Part shown: positions 1 to 12,983 of the stretch, piece by piece | How the letters are laid out: each line of letters starts with the position of its first letter | Position numbering within the stretch: the first letter of the stretch is position 1 | Source of the DNA: the human T2T-CHM13v2.0 reference genome, Homo sapiens | DNA length: 64,000 bases | Direction: 5' to 3' (one strand) | Assembly: GCF_009914755.1 (NCBI RefSeq) | Contig: NC_060930.1 | The notes under the pieces: generated by a model | Told to the model about the DNA's origin: nothing | The model's input: the letters and a program-made list of their open reading frames with translations, nothing else | The model's database searches: none | Position numbers and translations under genes: made by a program

Positions 1-59
1 GCTCAATATATGACATTAAGTACCAAGATGAGAATACAAAACTATATATTACAGTGATC

Positions 60-210
60 TCATATCTGTCAAAATATTGCAGAGGAAACAAACATATAGA
101 AAATATGCCAAAGTATGAATAGTGGTTATCTGTTGGTAGTGAGATTGCAGTTGATTTTTCTTTTCTGAAAAACATTTTCTACAATAAACACAATTTTTAA
201 AATCAGAAAG
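60..210 (+). mobile_element. Ancient L1ME-type 3' end fragment
   Basis: AGTGGTTATCTG..GAGATTGCAGTTGATTTTT..TTTTCTACAATAAACA resembles the L1ME 3' terminus. Confidence 0.5.
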
Positions 211-2329
211 GTATTTTTATTCTAGAACTTTCTCTTGGACAATTTTTAATAAAAATATTTTTTATAATAAAAATAGTTATAACATGGATTTTTAAAAATT
301 TATGTAGCATTGAATATAAGTATTTCCTTTACACCTGCTCAAAGAGTTGACTGAATATATCTAAATAAAATTGGGGAACCAGGCTCTGATCAGGAACATA
401 CCACTATTAGAAAATAGTTTCTAAAAAAAATATGGTCTGAGGATATTTTTACTCTCATTGCCTTCTGTAGGCACATAATCTGCCAGGAATTGGGGGCCTG
501 CCAGGGGGCTTAACAAATGAGGTTTATAAGCCTTTCTTCAGTTCATATTGGTAGCACTTCCTTACTAAGATGTAAATACCATGGCTGGTGAAGTGGAGCC
601 GTTAGCATTGCGAAGTATATTGGGGGATTTGAAGAAAGGGTCAGGAGAACCATCATGGGCTATGATTGCAGGTCAAAGGCAGGAGATGCTCTTTTCTCCA
701 TCCTCTGAAAAGATAGGAAATATTAGCTGTTCATAGGTGGAGAAGAGAAAATCCTCTTGCTTTAAGAGCTGACCACACAATGTCTTTTGTAGGAAAGTGC
801 TATTGTTTGGCTTGACCATTTTGCTTGGGTAAAGAAAGCTGTTATGGCCAGGATGATCTGAGCAAGAGAAGTCTTACTTGAATGACTCTCAGTGAGAATC
901 AGATGGGACATTTGGAGTATAGGAGCAAGTGTAGTAGGGAGGAGAGAGAAGGAGGAGGAGATTAGGGGTGTGGGTATGGTTAACAATGTAGAGTCTTAAT
1001 AGAAGACAAAAAATTCTGTAGTCATGATAGAGTGATGGTGATATTTGACAGCTGCAGGACTTTTAAGAAGAGGAGCAGGAATTTCTCTTCTGCTAGTGTG
1101 TGCTACATTATACAGAACCATCCCACCTCCTCAGCCAATGTGACCTAGAATTTTCAGTAAAGAGTCTGCTATGTGCCATGGCCATGTGTCAGTAGTCGTT
1201 TTGCAAAATAAAAAAGAAGGGGTTGCATCCCATGAATGAGTTGACATAAAAAAGAGAGAGGGGGATGACCACAAGAAGAGAGACATTAGGATTTTGGTAT
1301 AGAATTGGAGCCAAAGACGTCAATATAAAACATAAGCCTCCCGAGGGTCCCCAGAAATACTGAGAGGCTTGCTGGGCTCCCTGCTGCATTTAGAATAAGG
1401 TTTGAAACAATTTGATCAGAATCTCAAAGGCAGAATCACCCCAGTTGACATCTGTGTTACATTTGTACTTTTGCAAAAGCAGATATTTAATAGGGAATAC
1501 TTTCAGGTTAATTGACTAATTGATTTTGGCTAACCAAATGCCTAGTTCAGGAATAGCTCAGTCCAAAGTTTGGACATTTATCAGGTCCAAGTAGGTTTAG
1601 TCTTTCACTGCTTGGTTTAAGTGATACAATTTGTAGTTGAGACTTGCAATTGTCAATTATCTGTTCTCCTGGCAATATTTTAAAAAGCAGGCATGGGAAG
1701 AAAATAACCATAAAGACATTTAATCAGTTAGAAGAATGGGGATTATTTCTCCCTACTGGGTGATGTTTTCCAAAAAGTCTTCAGAGAGTTTAAGCTGATT
1801 AATATCTGTCACATCAAAACCGCATAATTGCAATTCAGCCTATTAGAATGCCCATATCTTATGGCACAGGGCACAGCAATCAACTTGTCACCAAAATTCC
1901 ATTCGTTTATTACTCAAACAAATAAGAGAGCAGAATTGGATATTATGCATGCTGGTAGTGATTTTTGGGGCTTTTATTTTTCCCTTAGTAATTGAAGTGT
2001 TAGATCCGGGATATTTCCAAGTGTAAAAGCCAAATCCATGAGTATGGCAATGGAACACATCCTGGTATCAGCTATTAATCAAGGTACTGAAAAGTGATGG
2101 CAAGAGACCTCATTTTGGACACTTCAGTTTCTTATTCATGAATTCAGAGGATTTTCTTTTTTTAAATGTCTTTTTCCCCCCTCTGTCCTCTGTTTTTTAT
2201 TAGATGATCTCATTTTATTGGGACCAACTAGGAAAAATGAGTACATAGGGATTATCTGTGCTTAAAAATGCACATTTATGGAAGTGTAATTTCAGGTTGA
2301 AGTATTATTAGACAAACTAAATATGGCAT

Positions 2330-2495
2330 ACTAAAAAAGGAGTAGAGAGTAGGAGGTTTGGCTTTAGTTTATACTTTATTTCTTGCCAGCTCTGGGATGT
2401 TGGGCAAGTCACTTAGCTTTTCAGTCCCTCACTTATCTAATCTACTGGATGGGGATAATGATATATGTCCTACCTGCAGACACAGGATTGAACTA
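2330..2495 (+). mobile_element. MIR SINE fragment
   Basis: MIR core TTGGGCAAGTCACTTAGC..CAGT..CTCA..GGGGATAATG. Confidence 0.7.
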
Positions 2496-2499
2496 AATG

Positions 2500-2732
2500 A
2501 CAACCTCCCTGCCCTATCTATACAGCACTTTCCCTCCAGAGCTCCTTACCCCACTTTATTTTTATTCATAGCATTTATCACTACCTGACCTTTTACTATG
2601 TATATGCTTGATTTTTTTATTATCTGTTGATCCAAATAGAAAGTCAGCTCCATGAAAACAGAGCTCTCTCTGTGTTATTGCCAGTACTAGCGCAGTGACT
2701 CACATATAGTGTATGATCAATAAATATTTGCT
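2500..2732 (+). mobile_element. L2 LINE 3' end
   Basis: TTCATAGCATTTATCACTACCTGAC..AGCTCCATGA..CAGTGACTCACATATAG..TCAATAAATATTTG. Confidence 0.75.
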
Positions 2733-2784
2733 GGAAAGACAAATTCTAGCTCTAAGACCTAGGATTATAAAACAGAAAACAGAA

Positions 2785-3020
2785 TCCGGTATAGTCTGGT
2801 GGTTAAGCTCAGTTGTCAAGATGCCATAGTTCAAATCTCAGCTCCATCATTTCTGGTTGTGTGACCTTGGGTAAGTTACTTAGCTCTTTAGGGCTTCAAT
2901 TTTAGCTTTTGTCACAGGTAATATGGACCTAATAATATGCCTCATAACTCAAAGTTGTTAAATAAATACAATAATTCATGTAAAGTAATCAGCACAGGAT
3001 CTGAGTTTAGGTCACTTGTT
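2785..3020 (+). mobile_element. MIR SINE
   Basis: GTGGTTAAG..GTTCAAATCTCAGCTCC..TGTGTGACCTTGGGTAAGTTACTTA. Confidence 0.8.
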
Positions 3021-3325
3021 GCTATGCGTGTCTGGGTTCACAAAGCATCGACTCACCTTTTCCAAGCTAGGATGAAAAAATTCAGTGGTATCCCAGAGAA
3101 GACTTACAATGACAAATGTTTGTTGTTGTTTTATAATGATACCATCTCCTAGTAATCCAATTTTTAAGATGTAGTTATGTTTGCATTTTTGAGGTGGGAG
3201 AACAGACTGAAAGTTCTTTTACCGGATGACCTCCTGTCACTATCTTATGGTCTTACTGCATGGTTAAAGTGACAATCAGGATGGGGACAGGCCAAGTTGA
3301 AGTAGGTTATGAATTATTTTGAGGC

Positions 3326-3729
3326 CTGTTGGCTGTTCTTGCGTTGCTATAAAAAATACCTGAGACTGGGTAATTTATAAAGAAAATAGGTTTACTTGGC
3401 TCATGATTCTGCAGGCTCTACAGGAAGCATAGTGCTGGCATCTGCTTCTGGAGAGGCATCAGGAAGCTTACAATCATGGAAGAAAGTGAAGGGGGAGCAG
3501 GCATCTCACATGGCAAGAGAAGGAGCAAGAGAGGAAGAAGGGAGAAGGGGAGGTACCACATACTTATAAACAACCAGATCTTGCAATAACTCACCACCAA
3601 GGAGATGGGCTAAGCCATTCATGAAGGATATGCTCCCATGATCCACTCACCTCCCACCTGGCCCTACCTCCAATACCTGGGATTACAATTCAATGTGAGA
3701 TTGGTGGAGACAACATCCAGTTGATATCA
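3326..3729 (-). mobile_element. MSTB-type MaLR LTR
   Basis: GCTATAAAAAATACCTGAGACTGGGTAATTTATAAAGAAAA..GGGATTACAATTCAA..GATATCA is the reverse complement of an MST LTR. Confidence 0.9.
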
Positions 3730-4927
3730 TTCTGTCCCGGGTCCCACAAATCTCACTTCCTTCTCACATTCCAAAATACCATCATCCTTTTCCAATAGTT
3801 CCCCAAAGGTCTCAACTCATTTCAGCATCACTCAAAAGTCCAAAGTCCAAAGTCTCATCTGAGACAAGGCAAGTCCCCTTCCACCTACAAGCCTGTAAAA
3901 TAAAAAAAACAAGTTGTTTACTTCCAAGATACAATGGGGGAACAGGCATTTGGTAAACATTCCCATTTCAAAAGGGAGAAATGGGCTAAAAGAAAGGGTC
4001 TACAGTACCCACACAAGTCTAGAACCCAGCAGGGCAGTCATTAAATTATAAAACTCCAAAGTAATCTCCTTTGACTCCATGTCCCATATCCAGGGCACAC
4101 TAGTGTGAGGGGTGGGCTCCCATGGCCTTGGGCAGCTCTGCCTCTGTGGCTTTTCCATGCTGAGCTTGCAAGCTGTTGGTGAATCTACCATTCTGCGATC
4201 TGGAAGGCAGCAGTCCCTTTCCCATAGCTCCACTAAGCAGTGCGCAGTGAGGGAGTCTATGTGAGGGCTCCAACCCCACACTTCCCCTTGGCACTGCCCT
4301 TGTAGAGTTTTTCTGTGAGAGTTCTTCCCCTGCAACAGGCTTCTGCCTGGCCACCCAGGCTTTCTCATAAATTCTCTAAAATCTAGTTGGAGACTGCCAA
4401 GCCTCCTTCACTCTTGCACTCTGTGCACCTGAAGACTTAACACCACATGGAAGCCATGAAGGCTTATGGCTTGCACCCTTTATAGTGGAGCATAGGCCTG
4501 AGCTCCTTTGAGCTGCATCTGGAGCTGGAGCAGCTGGGATATGGGGAGCAGTATCCTGAGGCTGTGTAGAGCAGTGGGGCCCTGGGCCTGCCCTCTGAAA
4601 TCATTCAGTCCTGCTAGGCCTCTGGGACTGTACTGATCATGGCTGCCTCTTCGATCTCTGAAGGTCTTTTCCCCATTGTCTTGGATATTAACAGTTGGCT
4701 CCCTTTTAGTTATTCAAATCTCTCTTACAAGTGATTGCTCCATGACCTGCTTGAGTTCCCTTGGCAATAATGCTTTTTCTTTTCCACATGGCTAGGCTGC
4801 AAGTTTTCCAAATTGTAGGCTCTGCTTCCCCCTTAAATATAACTTCCCACTTTAGATCATTTATTTGATCCCATATCTGTTGAACATAGGCTGTTAGAAG
4901 CAGCCAGACCACATCTTGAATGCTTTG
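3730..4927 (-). mobile_element. MST internal region, truncated (second LTR absent)
   Basis: Colinear with 13421-14540; decayed MaLR frames 4000-4368, 4100-4354 and 4706-4912; similarity stops at ~4927. Confidence 0.9.
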
Positions 4928-5094
4928 GATTCAAGGATTGATTAAAGATTAAGTCAGATGGCCCTGAGCTTGTATGGGACTTAGCAGGATGAAGCTGTGC
5001 TTCTGCTCAGACCCAATTTCATTCCTCTGCTGTCTTGAAACCACGGAAACCCCAATAGCTGAAGGAGATTAGGGAGGAATAAGGAAGACAGGAA

Positions 5095-5325
5095 AGTAAC
5101 ATTTACTTAGCACCCCCTATTTGTCAGTTACTGTTCATCATTTTAAAAAGTGGTTATCTCATCTAGTCTTTATAATAATTCTTAAAATAAGAATTTTATT
5201 TATTTAATAAAGACCTGAGGCTGAGGAAGGTTAAATAACTCACTCAGCATTGATAGCAAGTAAAGGCCTGTACAGAGGTTTGAATTTAGACTTTTCTGAC
5301 TCAAAAGACTGTGCTCTTTCAATGT
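5095..5325 (-). mobile_element. MIR SINE
   Basis: ACATTTACTTAGCACC..CTGAGGCT..GGTTAAATAACT..TTTGAATTTAGAC..CTGACTCAAAAG. Confidence 0.7.
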
Positions 5326-5639
5326 AATAGTCTGATCTCCATAGAGAGGGACAGGACCAGGTGGGCTCAGCACTTAGACCTAGAAGAACTCATGCAGAGC
5401 ATCTGCAGCAATGGGGAACACTGAGTCAACCTGCTTTTTAGGTGGCTCTTCCATATTTCCCTCCAGCTTAACATCTGAACTGGACATAGCCTTAAGGTAA
5501 AATCATATAGGCTGATGGAGAAGCAGAGTTTACAAACTCTGCTTCGTCCTGGCCCCTCACTCCCCAAGACTATGCAGATTTAGGTACTTTTCCTGTGCAC
5601 TCCTATATGGTACTTTGTGAATGCACCCAGCTCTGTAGT

Positions 5640-5780
5640 TGACTCATTGTTTTCTTTCTTCTTATGTGTCTGTCATCTGCTCTAGTATGTGATATCCTTG
5701 AGTGCAGGGGAAGTAGCTTAGTCATCATTTTGTCCTTTCTGCCTAATACACTGCCTGGCACAGAGTTGGTATTCATGGCT
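5640..5780 (+). mobile_element. L2 3' end fragment
   Basis: CTAGTATGTGATATCCTTGAG..CTGCCTGGCACAGAGTTGG. Confidence 0.55.
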
Positions 5781-6274
5781 GCTGAAACTTTGAGTGAGGT
5801 GAGTGGATGGGAGTCATAGTTGGAGTTGGCCCTGAAAATGTCAGCAGATGTTGCTTTGCTTCTGTTATGATGACTCTGTTTTAGTAGTTTGGTTCCATGA
5901 TCTTCCTTCCTGTCTCTACTCTTTCTTCCTGCAGACAGGAATAAAATGGGCAGCAGTGGTTCTAGAAGCAAGGGCACTCTTCTTTCTGTGGGAGAGTGTG
6001 GGAAGAAGCTGGTGGTGTTGAGCCAAGGCTATTTCATGCACAATTTGTCTATCTTGGGCTAGGTCAAGAAGTTATGCCTTGACTAGGAATGGTTTGCCAG
6101 AGTTGAAAAATACTGTAGAAGTCACTGATTGGAGAGATGAAGGTATGTAAAAAACCACAGATGGTACCCATGGGAAGGAAACCTATTATGGTGTTGTCTT
6201 TGGTCAAGCATCGTATTTTAATTGAATACCAGCAATTTTTATGTGTACAATGTAAACTTCTGCCCTGAAGCTAG

Positions 6275-6505
6275 AGAGGCGGTTTAGTGGAGTAGTTACA
6301 TGAATGGACTCTGGATCTAGTCTGCATTCGAACCTGGTTCTCATACTTACTGGCTCTGCTTGTGGTAAATGTTGGTAAGACCCATGTTTTAGTTTCCTCA
6401 TCTGTAAAACAGCAATGTTTAGATGATTACATACATTAATTTATATGACACCCTTAGAAGTATGTCTGCCACTTTGGAAGCATTATTGAATACATTATTA
6501 TTATG
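6275..6505 (+). mobile_element. MIR SINE
   Basis: GGACTCTGGA..TTCGAACCTGGTTCT..AGTTTCCTCATCTGTAAAA. Confidence 0.8.
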
Positions 6506-6654
6506 GGATTGTTCAAAACTTTATAGAAGGATTGTCATACAGATTTCAAAACTTTGAGGATTTGCCTGTCAAACTGGACAGTGTGCGTTGATGCTCACTT
6601 TACGCTACAGTTTGCAGTACTAAAAAATCAAAGAAGCAAATGATGGGTAAATAA

Positions 6655-7030
6655 CTAAGTGTAGTGGAACAATCACTAGAATCCACTGGATTCAGAATTG
6701 AAAGTCCTGCCACTAATAGCAGCATGATCTTGAAAAAGTCCCTTGATCTTTTGGTCTCAATGTTCTTTTCTTTTATTTGAAATGAAACTGTTGAATTAGA
6801 TCTGAGATGGCAGGTAAGTACAAGTCAGTTGCTAGTCCACCCACCTGTGGCCATGGAAGGCATGGCTAATAGATATCAGCTCACTTTCCTACTGCTTGTA
6901 ATGTGGCTGTAGACTGCAGGCCAGGAAGCCATTACCAGTTGATTGGTGTGGGCAAATAAAAAGACGGATTTTCCACTCATCATATCATATGTTCTTGAAG
7001 GTCCCTTCTTGCCCTATACATCTGTGATTT
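6655..7030 (+). mobile_element. MIR3-like SINE interrupted by a MER117-like hAT element (~6803-6980)
   Basis: MIR head 6655-6800 and MIR3 tail GAAGGTCCCTTC..CTGTGATT at ~6995-7030; the insert resembles MER117 (GATGGCA..GCTAATAGAT..GCCATTACCAGTTGATTGG). Confidence 0.5.
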
Positions 7031-7873
7031 AATGACTCAAAAATGAGTGAATATGTTAGAAGTGGATTTTTACAGATTTCATATAGCTAGCATTGGGAGA
7101 TTTCCAGAAGGCTGAAGGATTCAGGGAGATTGTAAAGCTTTCTTCAAAGTCAGGATAAGAAAATGTTCTCTGATTGTTTATCATGATTCTTATGCTTAAA
7201 GGGGAAATCTTCGAAGTAAAAGAAGACCCAGTAAGGAGGAAGTCTGGATGTTCAAAATTCTTTCTTTCTGGTATTGCCCAAACCTGCTTTTTGGAAAGGA
7301 CTGCATATGGTTTCAGGTAGGCAAGGTGCAGTCACTTTGCCCTTCTGACGGAAGATGTTTGAAGGTACTAATGATAGATTTTGATGCGTTTAAAATGGAG
7401 AACTTCCCATGAAGAGGGCTGGCTTCAGATCTGTGAGTTGAAAACAAAGCAACACAGGGGAGTAATCAGAGGCCAACCATCTTTCCTGGTTTCTGTGTAT
7501 GCTTCCTATAGATATCGTAATCAGATTTTTGACAAGCAACTGATAACCTTGGGTAGAGCCTGGCTTTGTGACAAGGTGCTGTTTATTTGGAATTAAAGTT
7601 TGGGACCCTAGCCTATTTGTATAAATATATTTCAAAAAAGTGGTGATGTGGACATCTTTCAGAGAATGGTGTACATTTCAGAAAAGGCTTTGGTGTTGAG
7701 TTCCCCTCTGACCCTCATGTTGCTGAAATCTCATTTCTCCTCTGCTTTTGGAGGAAAACTCTGGTGCACGCATTCCTGTTCTTATAATTTCTGAGCTAAC
7801 AGTTTCTGCATATCTGAGACTGGTAAATAGCAACTGCTGAGAAATCAAGAAATGTAGAACTGAAGAAAGTCAC

Positions 7874-8020
7874 TGTCATCGTGCATTTGGGCTGCTACAA
7901 CAGAATACCTTAGGCTTCATATTATAAAGGACAGACATTTATTGCTCACAGTTCTTTGATCTGTGAAGTCCAAAATCAAGGTGTCAGTAGATTTGGTGTT
8001 TAGTGAAGGTCATTCTCTGC
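7874..8020 (-). mobile_element. MLT1A-type LTR fragment
   Basis: TTTGGGCTGCTACAACAGAATACC..TTTATTGCTCACAGTTCT..AAGTCCAAAATCAAGGTG. Confidence 0.8.
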
Positions 8021-8454
8021 AAAGAATCCTCTAGTATTGCTGGAGCAGTTTTGGGCTTTCCTGAAATTTACATTTGTGGATTTCTCTCACGTGTGTGTGT
8101 TTTTTTAAATAGAAAAGTCTTTTCGAGTTTCTTTGAGATGATTGGTGAAACTAGAGCCGAAAATGGTATAAGGAGAAATAGATAAAGTGAACCAACTATT
8201 GGAAGGTGGGGATGGTAGAGTAAGATAAGTGAAGTGTGTTTTGGGGACTTTCTAGTTCCATTAGTTTTGTTCACAAAACTGAAGGTTAGCATGTTTGTGT
8301 GTCCTCGTTGCTAACTTTGTCAAAACTTTGCTTTCTTACTAGCTCTAAAATATAAGGGACTGGTTACTCTTAAAGTTTCTCCTTGCTTGGACAACATCCT
8401 CTCTATTATTCTGAAATCACTCTGGGAGTGATTACCAACCACGATAATCATACC

Positions 8455-8660
8455 CACAGTGAACACTTTCTGATCACTCATTATGTATTAGGTGCTGTTC
8501 CAAGCACTTTCCATGCTGTCTCTCACATCATCCCCCCACTTCCTTATGTGTTTGGTGTAAACTCTCATCACTGTCTTATGGATGGAGCATGTGAGGGCTA
8601 TCAGATAACTTGCCGGGGCTCACATAGCTAATACGTGGTGGAGCTGGGATTTCAACCAAT
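8455..8660 (-). mobile_element. MIR SINE
   Basis: TATGTATTAGGTGCTGTTCCAAGCACTTT..ACTTGCC..CACATAGCTAA..GGAGCTGGGATTTCAACC. Confidence 0.75.
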
Positions 8661-10412
8661 GCACTATCAATAATGTTCCAGAAATTTTTTCTCAGGATAT
8701 CATTTGATCAGGGTTGTTTGATGACATAGTGAAATGTTGCAACTGATAAGGAGAAAATGAAGTTGGCTAAGTATTTTGTATGGACCATAAATGAATTATA
8801 ACCTGTGTGCTTGGTCTTCCACTTTCAATGGGTTCTCCTGGCAAATGTGATAAGACGTCTGAGAACAAAGCAGTCATGGAGAAGACAGGAAATCATGATA
8901 GGCTGACAGTCATTGTGGAAATAAAACAAATGTTGAGGTGTCCTTAAAGTCTAATCACTAGTCTTATACTCTAAAGGGAAACTTTGATACCAAGCATGAA
9001 GAATTTAACCCTCTTCATAATTCCGAATACTGGGCATATAATTTGTGTGGGGATTACAACCTGAATCTTCTTAGGTACCTCCGGTTTCTGACACAGCAGC
9101 AGTCTTTGAATCACGGAGTGTTTTTTCCCTGCCGCTTAATCTTTGTAGCAGCCAATTTATAGACGGGAGGAGTTTTTACTTTATCTGTTCCAACCACACT
9201 TCCACTTTATACTTTTGTACTGGGAAGCAGCTTTGGCTGTCTGTGGCTCAGTGTAGGTGTGCCAGTGTGAGTGCACTTTCCTGTGTGTGTATCTGGATAT
9301 TCCTAAAGATGTTGGAAATAATAGTGAACAAGTAAGGGAGGGAGAGGACCTTTATTGTGTAACAAACTGAAGGCACCAAGGAGGCTGCATTTGTTGTGAG
9401 TCAAAAGGTTTATACAAAGATTTTCTTAGTAATGTCTAAGATTTTAATAGGGTAATTAATCTTTTTAAATGTTAGTGCCAGATTATGGGATCAGCTATTA
9501 TCCCTGGCTGCAGAGTGGTCCTTTGTGTGTTGCTATGAACAGGGCTAAGTGAAGAGAATACTCAGGTTGCCAAACAAAGATATGGCTGCAGCTAGCTTGT
9601 TTAGGTTTTTAAATGCATTTTCTTGTGCAGTTAAAAGAACTCCTGTTTCTGTGGGGCTATCATTGCCCTTTAATAGCCATTGAGTTGAGGGGAGAGATAG
9701 AGGAATAAAATACAGGCTTTTTGCTTTTTACTTCTTAACAACCAATTATTATTATTTTTAAAATAATGATGGGTATATTCATTCGAGACCTTATTTTAAG
9801 TCAGGAGAAACAATTTAACAGAAAGAAAGCTCTAAAAGAATAGGAGTGAAAGGTTTTCATCTGATTTAAAAGTTTGGCCTGTTTCTCTTTCCTTAACCTA
9901 AGTTTAGTGAAAATTGCCAAGCAATCCAGCAAGCCAACAAAAATGAAAGGGAAAACACAGCAGCTAATGAGACTTGGCTGTGGCCTTTAAGCAAGAGTGA
10001 TTATTTAACATAGCTTATCAAAATATTGATTAAAAATAGATGGCTTGTTTCTTTCAAGTTTCGATACATATGAAAGAAAAAAAGTTCAGAACATAGGGCA
10101 TCATGTAAAAACCCTGTAGGTATAATGATATTGTTGCAGCCCAGCCATGACCTCTGCTCTGGCTTTGCTTAAACTACCCCTTGGCTTCGACTTGGATTTC
10201 TGCTCTCGCTGTCTAAACGAGGCAGTTTGTCAGAACCACATGTCTATTTGTTTGGCAATTGATTGTAGTTGCTGCTTATTTTCCAAACTGTTCCAACTAT
10301 TTTGTTTACATGAACTATTGTGATTCTCAGCTGCTAAATACTGCTGTAGACAAGATTTCTCTTTTGAATTGTAGCTCTTCCCCTGTCCATGGGGCCACAC
10401 CCTTTGTGTTAG

Positions 10413-10826
<414 letters not shown>

Positions 10827-11299
10827 GGTTTGTTCTTTCTTGAATAACATCTGTATTTGGGGCATTAAGTTCTACTTATGTTTGAGGTACACCAGAGGTT
10901 GCTGGTGGACAGTGGGAAGACATTCTGTAATTTTCTTGCCGTTTATATTGAAGTGATATGAGAATGATGACTTACACAAGATGTATCCAAGTATTCTCCT
11001 GTGTAGAGCAGAGCGGTGTGTTTTACGCAAAGTTTTGAGGAGTAGGGGAGAACTTGGACTGAATGTTTTAGTGGTCTTAGAGTCATATTAGTGCCTTAAA
11101 CATATCTCTAAAGCAGCAGTCAGTCATCTCTCCCTATCAAACTTACAGTACCTGAGCTGGTGGGAGGAGGGCCAGAGGAAGAGGGAAAGATGCTCATGAG
11201 AGTAAGAGGATGGTTGGGATGCATGGGCATGTCACACAGCCTACATGCCAAAAAATGGGTCATGCAGCAGCCTGGGGTGGGGGTGCATGCCAGTGTAGC

Positions 11300-11500
11300 C
11301 CATATATTTTAGGTGATACTTGCAAGTGATATTCCCAGACTGTTGCTGCTCTTGAGGGAATATTACCCAGAGACTTTCATAATATTATTCAATGATGGTC
11401 AAATAAGAAATTATGTTTCTCAACAAAAGGGATTTAAAAATGCTCTTCTCATTGTCACACCATGCAGAATGTTGATTATGCTGGACAGGTGAATCTAAAT
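11300..11500. mobile_element. Possible ancient Tigger-type DNA transposon remnant
   Basis: AAAAATGCTCTTCTCATTGTCACACCATGCAGAATGTTGATTATGCTGGACAGGTG resembles an old Tigger terminus (from memory only). Confidence 0.3.
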
Positions 11501-12187
11501 AGTACATGCAAAAAAGTGTGTGAGTGGCTGCAGCATCTGGCAGTCATTCCTGTTAATAAGTAAAAGTAACTGCCAACATTTTGCACAGCATATATGTGGG
11601 AGAAAAGCATCCTGGATAAATCAATAATACTGATTCAGGATTTAAAATGAGTATTAGCCTTTGTGGATGAAAAGCCCAAGCTTTTGGGGCAATTCTTAGG
11701 GATTAGCATACTGAAGCTATTCAAGAGACAGGAAGAGGGTCAGCACTGCCTGGAAGAATCCCAGATGGAGAAGAGGAGAGACAATTTGTTAGATGAGGAG
11801 GAAGTGGATATTGAAGTTAGGAAACACTGTATACTCCCTATTAGTGGTTTTATATTAGTGTGTGCACGTAGGTTTTATTTCAATGTATGGCTTGTAACAT
11901 ATCCTTTTGTTTTACTAAAACTCTGAATGTTGTTGAGTATTTGGTTGGGTGGACTGTTCTTGACTTTTCCAGGCAAGATTCTGGGTCCCATATTGGCTCA
12001 AATGGAGAAGTAGGAGCTCAGATAGAAAGCTGCCTTGATAAGCCTTACTTCTGAGTGAGTGTGCTCAATGCCAGTATAAGTGAATAGTCACAATGGTAAA
12101 GTAAATAAGAAAATCCTCATTTAGATTGCATTTGAAATGTTGCTAAGGACATGCTGTCAATGTGGATAGGTAAAAATCTTTCTATGG

Positions 12188-12214
12188 CTTTTTTTTTTTT
12201 TTTTTTTTTTTTTT
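12188..12214. repeat. poly(T) tract
   Basis: Uninterrupted T run; no TSD seen. Confidence 0.95.
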
Positions 12215-12983
12215 GCTGGCCATTGTAGAGGTGAAAATAATTGAGGGGAAGAAGTGATAAGGTGAGATCGAGAGAGAAGGTGAGCTTCATTCCCCTCGAT
12301 GGAGAGCAGGTTAGAGTAATACTTTATTCTGTTACAGCCATTTGTCTCATTAGGTCAAGTATCCACAGGTTGGAACTCAAACATTTTTTTTCCAGTGCTT
12401 TAGTGGGTTCATAACAGCTCTAGCATAAGTCACCAGGAATAGTGAAAAGCAAGCAGAAATTCAACCTGTTGGTGGGAAGAATGACTACACTTTCATGTAA
12501 TTTATCATAGTTTCTCATGTTCTGGAAAATTCCAGATACAGAATTGTTTTATGGATGTCAATATATTTATCAACTCAGTTTATGAGAGTCCTAGAGCTTT
12601 TTTTCACATCAAGCAGAGGGAAATAATAAATCTCTTTTATGTAGAGACTTTATTTTCTTTTTAATATCTTAAAATTGGGTTTTAGGCTAATTCATGGCCA
12701 TGGCAAAAAAATCAGAATTAACAAAAGCATATAGTTAGATGTAACAAAATACTGAGTTCTTTTTATTTTAATTTTTTTTGGCAGAGAGTTTGTGTTGCCC
12801 TCTTGCATTTTCTAAATAAATAGAAATCACAAATATATGCTTTTAATTTGGAAGCTTCTTCTTTTGCTGTGTTTTATTTTTGTTTTAAAACTCAAGTGTA
12901 TTGGTTAAATTGGTTTACTTCTTAAGTAAATCGAATCTTAGAAACTCTTCTGTGATCTTGGAAAATGTCCATCAGGTGAAGCT

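Noticed and set aside
4000-4368. 122-aa ORF and related frames at 13772-14756
   Set aside because: Decayed MaLR internal frames with different breaks in the two copies
5603-5977. 124-aa ORF with hydrophobic N-terminus (signal peptide-like)
   Set aside because: Non-ATG start, overlaps an L2 fragment, no recognisable domain
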